This document shows positions 60,041 to 64,000 of a stretch of DNA of 64,000 nucleotides, piece after piece. Position 1 is the stretch's first letter. Each line of letters opens with the position of its first letter. The notes under the pieces were generated by a model. The model searched no databases. It saw only the letters and a program-made list of their open reading frames with translations, and had not been told where the DNA came from. The DNA is from Thermoplasmata archaeon (lineage in GTDB: Archaea > Thermoplasmatota > E2 > UBA202 > JdFR-43), in the NCBI GenBank assembly GCA_021162065.1, contig JAGGZK010000017.1, positions 23,034-87,033 on the forward strand, given 5' to 3'. A program made the translations under genes and the position numbers.

Positions 60041-62481
60041 CTCCTTCTTCTGACATACCTGAAGGCAACCATGGCAATGGCAGCAATCACAAGCATGCCA
60101 AAGGTGAAGGATGGTGATTCGCCACCTTCATGGATCACTACCTCTGCATATTCCTCGCTGCTCTCGATGCCCTCATCGCATATGGCCTTTATTTTTATAT
60201 TCACGCTCTCCTCACTCATGTTCTCTGGCGCCTTTATCTTGAGGTATATCTTATCTGTTTCACCTGACTGGAGGCGGGAGATGGTATTTAATGGAGTTAC
60301 ACTCAAATTGCCGCTTTCCAGCACCATCACTTTTACATTATTTGCCGTGAAGTTCACCGCCTTTATTTCCACAGGTATGCTCCTTTCCTTGCCCCTCTCC
60401 ACGGTGACAACATCAAGGCTTCCAAAGGATAGTATGAGTTTCTTGTTTTCTCCTGTTCCCCCAACGGTTATTATGCTGCTGTAGGAACTCTCGCTTCCGT
60501 TGTTGTCTCTCACGGTCAGAGTAACGGTGTACTCGCCATCGCTGTTCCATGAATGGATGGCGGTGGGCAGCGTTTTCTCTTCCGGCTCGGAGTCATCGCC
60601 CCAGTCCCATATGTAGAGCTGGATTGTGCCGTCCTCGTCATAACTTGCGCTGGCATCAAAGGTCACATCCTCATTTGGAGCAGGATTGGAGGGTGTGTAT
60701 GTGAAGGATGGCACAGGAGGTGTATTGCTACCTGCCTCGCTCACGGTGATGTATTTGTAAATGCTCTTCTGCTCGCCGTCATTATCCGTAACTGTAAGCG
60801 TTACCTTGTACTTGCCCGGTGAGGAATAGGAATGAGTTGCACTCACACCCGTTGCCGTCGCCCCGTCTCCAAAATCCCATTCGTAGGAAACTATGGAGCC
60901 GTCGCTATCGCTGCTGGAGGATGCGTCAAAGGTTATGGTATCATTTTCCACAGGGTTCAGAGGTGTGTAGGAGAAACTCGCTGCTGGAGGGGCATTTACG
61001 ATGGTTATGTTCTTGGTTATACTGTCCTCGCCGGTTGTGGATGTTACGGTGAGAGTCACCTGGAATGTTCCCAGGGATGTGTAGGAATGCACAGGGTCCT
61101 TCTGATTGCTCGTGGTTCCATCTCCAAAGTCCCATTCCCAGGATTGCACATCCCCCGTGGACAAATCGTTGAAGTGCACATACTGGTTTCTTGTGGGCTG
61201 TGCCGGAGTCCAGGTGAAGTCCGCTTTCAGCGGAGCAGGAGGATTCTCATACTGGGCCTCCCATATCTTGTCGCCATCCGGCGTGTACTTCCTTATGCAG
61301 TACTTCTCCTCGCTTCCCACCATCTTGTAGCCGGCGGCGATTATGTTGTTGTCCGCATCCGTGACCACTCTCTTTATCTCTCCCTCCACATCGTCCATCT
61401 TGTCCCATATCACGCCTCCGTTACTATTGTATTTTACAAGATACCATCTCTCGTGGAAGGCATTATTCACCTTTATTGTCCTGTATCCGCCCACAATTAT
61501 GTTATCATTTGAATCTGCAGCCACGGATAGGGCATCATCCTTGTAGTCATCCATCTCCACCCTGGGCCATCCGCTTTTGATGGTCCCTGCGCTGGAATAG
61601 ACGAGAGTGAGGAAATCCTCCGCCTTTATGCCATCGCTTATTTCATAGCCCGTCACCGCTATGCTTCCGTCAGAAAGTATGGCCGCATCGGATGCAGAGG
61701 AGGTTCTGTTGTTGTAGTATTCCTTCTGCCACATTATGTTGAGGTCTGTATCGTATTTTATGGTGAGGAACTTGCTCACGTTGCTGTTTTCTTCCTGAAC
61801 GGCCCCCGTGACAACCGCATCATTTCCCCTCACATCCATTCCGAAGGCAGCATCTATGGCGCTGTCAAATATGTCCTCCTTCATCTTCTGCAGGTTGCCC
61901 GGATTTATCTTCAGGGTCCAGAAGTCAACATTGCTGAGCTGCTGGGAAGATATGTCTATGTACAGGGTCATGCCTGTAACATATATGTAGCCGTTGCTAT
62001 CCACTCCCATATCCATGAGGAAGTCGGCAAAGCCGTTGTCATAGGTTTTACTCGCTATTTTGTTACCGTTGGAATCGTACTTTATCACAATATAATCCGT
62101 CTGGGGGATGGGTATTCCGGCAATCTCCTTTCCCACCACCCCTCCGACGTAAATATAATCTCCGTAAACCGCCACCGCCTTTCCTATGTTGGTGGCATAC
62201 TCATCAAAATCCGTCTGCCAGGTTATCTTGCCCGTATCCCCATCATATTTCTGCACCCTTATGACATATTTGCTCCCATCGTAATGCTGCCCCACGGTTA
62301 CAACATCTCCGTTATCATCCACCGCCAGTCCATAGAGCTCGTCCTGCGTGTCCACTGTTGGAAATGTATCCGCAAAACCGATATTCATGGCTATGGGCAT
62401 CAGTAAAACAACCGCCAGCACCAAAGATAGTTTCTTCATATCCCATGAAAATGGACTATATTTATAAAATGTGTGGTGCAA
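60037..62481 (-). CDS. Cell-surface protein: signal peptide, SBBP beta-propeller repeats, three PKD domains, C-terminal membrane anchor
   Basis: Signal peptide MKKLSLVLAVVLLMPIAMNIGFA. N-terminal beta-propeller repeats (YDSNGNKI... type). Three PKD domains carry the WDFGDG motif (WEWDFGDGTT, YEWDFGDGAT, YIWDWGDDSE). The C-terminus ESPSFTFGMLVIAAIAMVAFRYVRRRR is a TM helix plus basic tail, possibly a PGF-CTERM variant. Confidence 0.7.
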   Translation of the reverse strand: MHHTFYKYSPFSWDMKKLSLVLAVVLLMPIAMNIGFADTFPTVDTQDELYGLAVDDNGDVVTVGQHYDGSKYVIRVQKYDGDTGKITWQTDFDEYATNIGKAVAVYGDYIYVGGVVGKEIAGIPIPQTDYIVIKYDSNGNKIASKTYDNGFADFLMDMGVDSNGYIYVTGMTLYIDISSQQLSNVDFWTLKINPGNLQKMKEDIFDSAIDAAFGMDVRGNDAVVTGAVQEENSNVSKFLTIKYDTDLNIMWQKEYYNNRTSSASDAAILSDGSIAVTGYEISDGIKAEDFLTLVYSSAGTIKSGWPRVEMDDYKDDALSVAADSNDNIIVGGYRTIKVNNAFHERWYLVKYNSNGGVIWDKMDDVEGEIKRVVTDADNNIIAAGYKMVGSEEKYCIRKYTPDGDKIWEAQYENPPAPLKADFTWTPAQPTRNQYVHFNDLSTGDVQSWEWDFGDGTTSNQKDPVHSYTSLGTFQVTLTVTSTTGEDSITKNITIVNAPPAASFSYTPLNPVENDTITFDASSSSDSDGSIVSYEWDFGDGATATGVSATHSYSSPGKYKVTLTVTDNDGEQKSIYKYITVSEAGSNTPPVPSFTYTPSNPAPNEDVTFDASASYDEDGTIQLYIWDWGDDSEPEEKTLPTAIHSWNSDGEYTVTLTVRDNNGSESSYSSIITVGGTGENKKLILSFGSLDVVTVERGKERSIPVEIKAVNFTANNVKVMVLESGNLSVTPLNTISRLQSGETDKIYLKIKAPENMSEESVNIKIKAICDEGIESSEEYAEVVIHEGGESPSFTFGMLVIAAIAMVAFRYVRRRR

Positions 62482-62492
62482 TCATAAAAAAA

Positions 62493-63191
62493 TCAGGAGA
62501 GGTCGCCGCAGGAGCAGTGCACCTCGTATATGGCGGAATAGAGGTCATCCATACCCTCCCCCGTTTTCGCCGATACCATTATGGGCCTCTGATATATGCT
62601 GGTGTACTCCACATAGTCCACCAGGCCGGAGGCGAGGGAGACAAGGGCATCCCCGCCCTTCAGCATTTTAAGAAGGTTTTCCATGTCGAAATATCTCGTT
62701 ATCCTCTCCCTGTCCACCGCATCTACCTTGTTTATCACCGTCACGGAGGGCACGCCCAGTTTCAGATTTATCATGGCATTCTGGGCCAGCATCGCCAGAT
62801 AGTTCTCCACCTCCATCATTTCCGTGGCATCCACAAGGAAGAGGGAGGAGACGGCATCCCGTGCGGCGAGTTTCTCCACCACCCTCCTGCCCATGTCATG
62901 GTAGAGAAAGACCTCCAGCTGGCCCGGGGTGTCCACAAACTTTATTCTTTCCGCATCCTCCGGAATCCACTCCTCCATCTCCGCTATGATTTCCATGCTT
63001 TTGAGAAGGGCCCCGTTTATCCCGAGCCCATATTTTTTCTGGATGTCCTCCGCCCTCACCCACTTCCTTATGTCCACATCCGCATGCGAGGGAGTGGCAG
63101 CATCCAGATTTATGAGAATGTCATTTTTTGCCAGTCTTCTGGCGAGCGTGGTTTTGCTGGCGGCGGCGGGCCCTATCAGGACAACAAACAT
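62493..63191 (-). CDS. GPN-loop-type GTPase/ATPase (PF03029-like)
   Basis: P-loop VVLIGPAAASKTT, G3 DTPGQLE and G4 NKVD are present. The GPN position reads GINGAL. Start set at MFVVLIG; the ORF-track extension to 63437 is low-complexity and overlaps the sec61beta gene. Confidence 0.65.
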   Translation of the reverse strand: MFVVLIGPAAASKTTLARRLAKNDILINLDAATPSHADVDIRKWVRAEDIQKKYGLGINGALLKSMEIIAEMEEWIPEDAERIKFVDTPGQLEVFLYHDMGRRVVEKLAARDAVSSLFLVDATEMMEVENYLAMLAQNAMINLKLGVPSVTVINKVDAVDRERITRYFDMENLLKMLKGGDALVSLASGLVDYVEYTSIYQRPIMVSAKTGEGMDDLYSAIYEVHCSCGDLS

Positions 63192-63352
63192 TATACGGGG
63201 TAAAGAATCTTCAGCGCCGTTATCACCACAGCCGTGAGAATGGCGAACACTATTATGAAGCGAGGATCTATCTTTACTCCCGTCTTCTCCTCCTCGAAAT
63301 ACCTTATCAGACCCGCAGCAGATTGAAAGCCACTCTTGCTTTTCTTTGCCAT
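63191..63352 (-). CDS. secG: Preprotein translocase subunit Sec61beta (SecG-type, archaeal)
   Basis: Hand translation gives MAKKSKSGFQSAAGLIRYFEEEKTGVKIDPRFIIVFAILTAVVITALKILYPV, 53 aa. This is the archaeal Sec61beta pattern with a C-terminal TM helix. It is absent from the ORF track because of its size. Confidence 0.7.
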   Translation of the reverse strand: MAKKSKSGFQSAAGLIRYFEEEKTGVKIDPRFIIVFAILTAVVITALKILYPV

Positions 63353-63482
63353 GAGCACACAAATTTACAGGAGATATAAACTTTGCGGTTGGGGTGTGGA
63401 TTGTATCATCTGAGGCAGAGGAGTTCCGTTGATTCATGAAATATCTTTATCACATTTGGAGAAACACGTTAAGAAAGAATAT

Positions 63483-63989
63483 TTATATCTCTCCCATGTA
63501 TTTTTTGACTCTTTCTATCATTTCTTTATATTCCTTATGCACTCCCAGTTCCATACATCTCTTTTCAAGATAAGAGGTATCAATTTTTCCCTTTTGACGA
63601 ACATATATGGACTCGGCATCTCTAATATCCTGCTCTGAACCAAAAAGAAGTTTATTGGCAATAACATCTTCTGGAGAGGCAACATATATTTTCATGCCAT
63701 CAATCTCTATTCCTATCCTTCTTTCAATGCTTTCTATTTCTCTTTTTCCATAAATCCCCTTGACATCTATGTGGAACAAATATTCTCTGTCAAAGATGGT
63801 GAAATGAGATCTTTCTTCCATTGCCTTTTTTACCTCCTCCATTTTTACCATGAACCCCTTTTCCTCCATTTTTCTGACAAATGAATTTACATCTTTCAAA
63901 TCAATTATCACATCTATATCTCTCGTTGTCCTTATGTTTCCCCAGCAATTTACCGCCATTCCGCCAACAATTACATATTTTATATCCAA
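63483..63989 (-). CDS. Predicted nucleotidyltransferase-fold protein (MNT / AbiEii-like)
   Basis: VIVGGMAVNCWGNIRTTRDIDVIID is a GG..(x)n..DxD nucleotidyltransferase motif. 168 aa. Confidence 0.4.
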   Translation of the reverse strand: MDIKYVIVGGMAVNCWGNIRTTRDIDVIIDLKDVNSFVRKMEEKGFMVKMEEVKKAMEERSHFTIFDREYLFHIDVKGIYGKREIESIERRIGIEIDGMKIYVASPEDVIANKLLFGSEQDIRDAESIYVRQKGKIDTSYLEKRCMELGVHKEYKEMIERVKKYMGEI

Positions 63990-64000
63990 TTCATTCAGCA

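Noticed and set aside
62358-63203. 281-aa plus-strand ORF
   Set aside because: It is antisense to the GPN-loop GTPase and sec61beta genes, and is His/Gly/Pro-rich with no motifs.
63192-63437. N-terminal 80 aa of the longest GTPase ORF
   Set aside because: Low-complexity sequence. It overlaps a strongly supported Sec61beta gene in another frame, and the conserved P-loop begins right after the internal Met.

Overview
Dense, almost gap-free coding on both strands. The gene content points to a euryarchaeal chromosome: A/V-type ATPase B/D, Cdc48, RFC small subunit, RadB, RNase HII, aEF-1beta, Sec61beta, aTrm56, Ogg2, a UbiA/DGGGP-synthase-like protein, an archaeal prepilin peptidase and a PGF-CTERM surface protein. 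Roughly 60 genes are supported, including two tRNAs (Asn-GUU, Thr-UGU). Housekeeping genes include folC, pyrC, mvk, argF, sufC plus a disrupted sufB/D, rfcS, atpB/atpD, radB, rnhB, cdc48, hsp20 and gyaR. These are interleaved with accessory blocks, most notably: (1) a secreted C11 peptidase co-transcribed with a secreted beta-propeller protein carrying a LanC-like domain, at the window start; (2) a signalling island with a periplasmic-binding histidine kinase, a 2049-aa REC-PAS/GAF protein that ends in a histidine-kinase dimerisation (DHp) helix with no ATPase domain, and a receiver protein; (3) a Tad-like pilus ATPase with split TadB/TadC-like membrane genes; (4) downstream of tRNA-Thr, a secretion island with a transglutaminase-like giant protein, a duplicated signal-peptide gene pair, a DUF2341-like surface protein, an oversized signal peptidase I, and a second PRC-PAS sensor ending in the same orphan DHp helix; (5) a regulator, small Cys-rich protein and radical-SAM/SPASM enzyme in one operon; (6) a mini-Orc/Cdc6-like ATPase with a CheY-like regulator. 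No CRISPR array, transposase or integrase was seen. All domain and family assignments below rest on motif recognition by eye, not on database searches.
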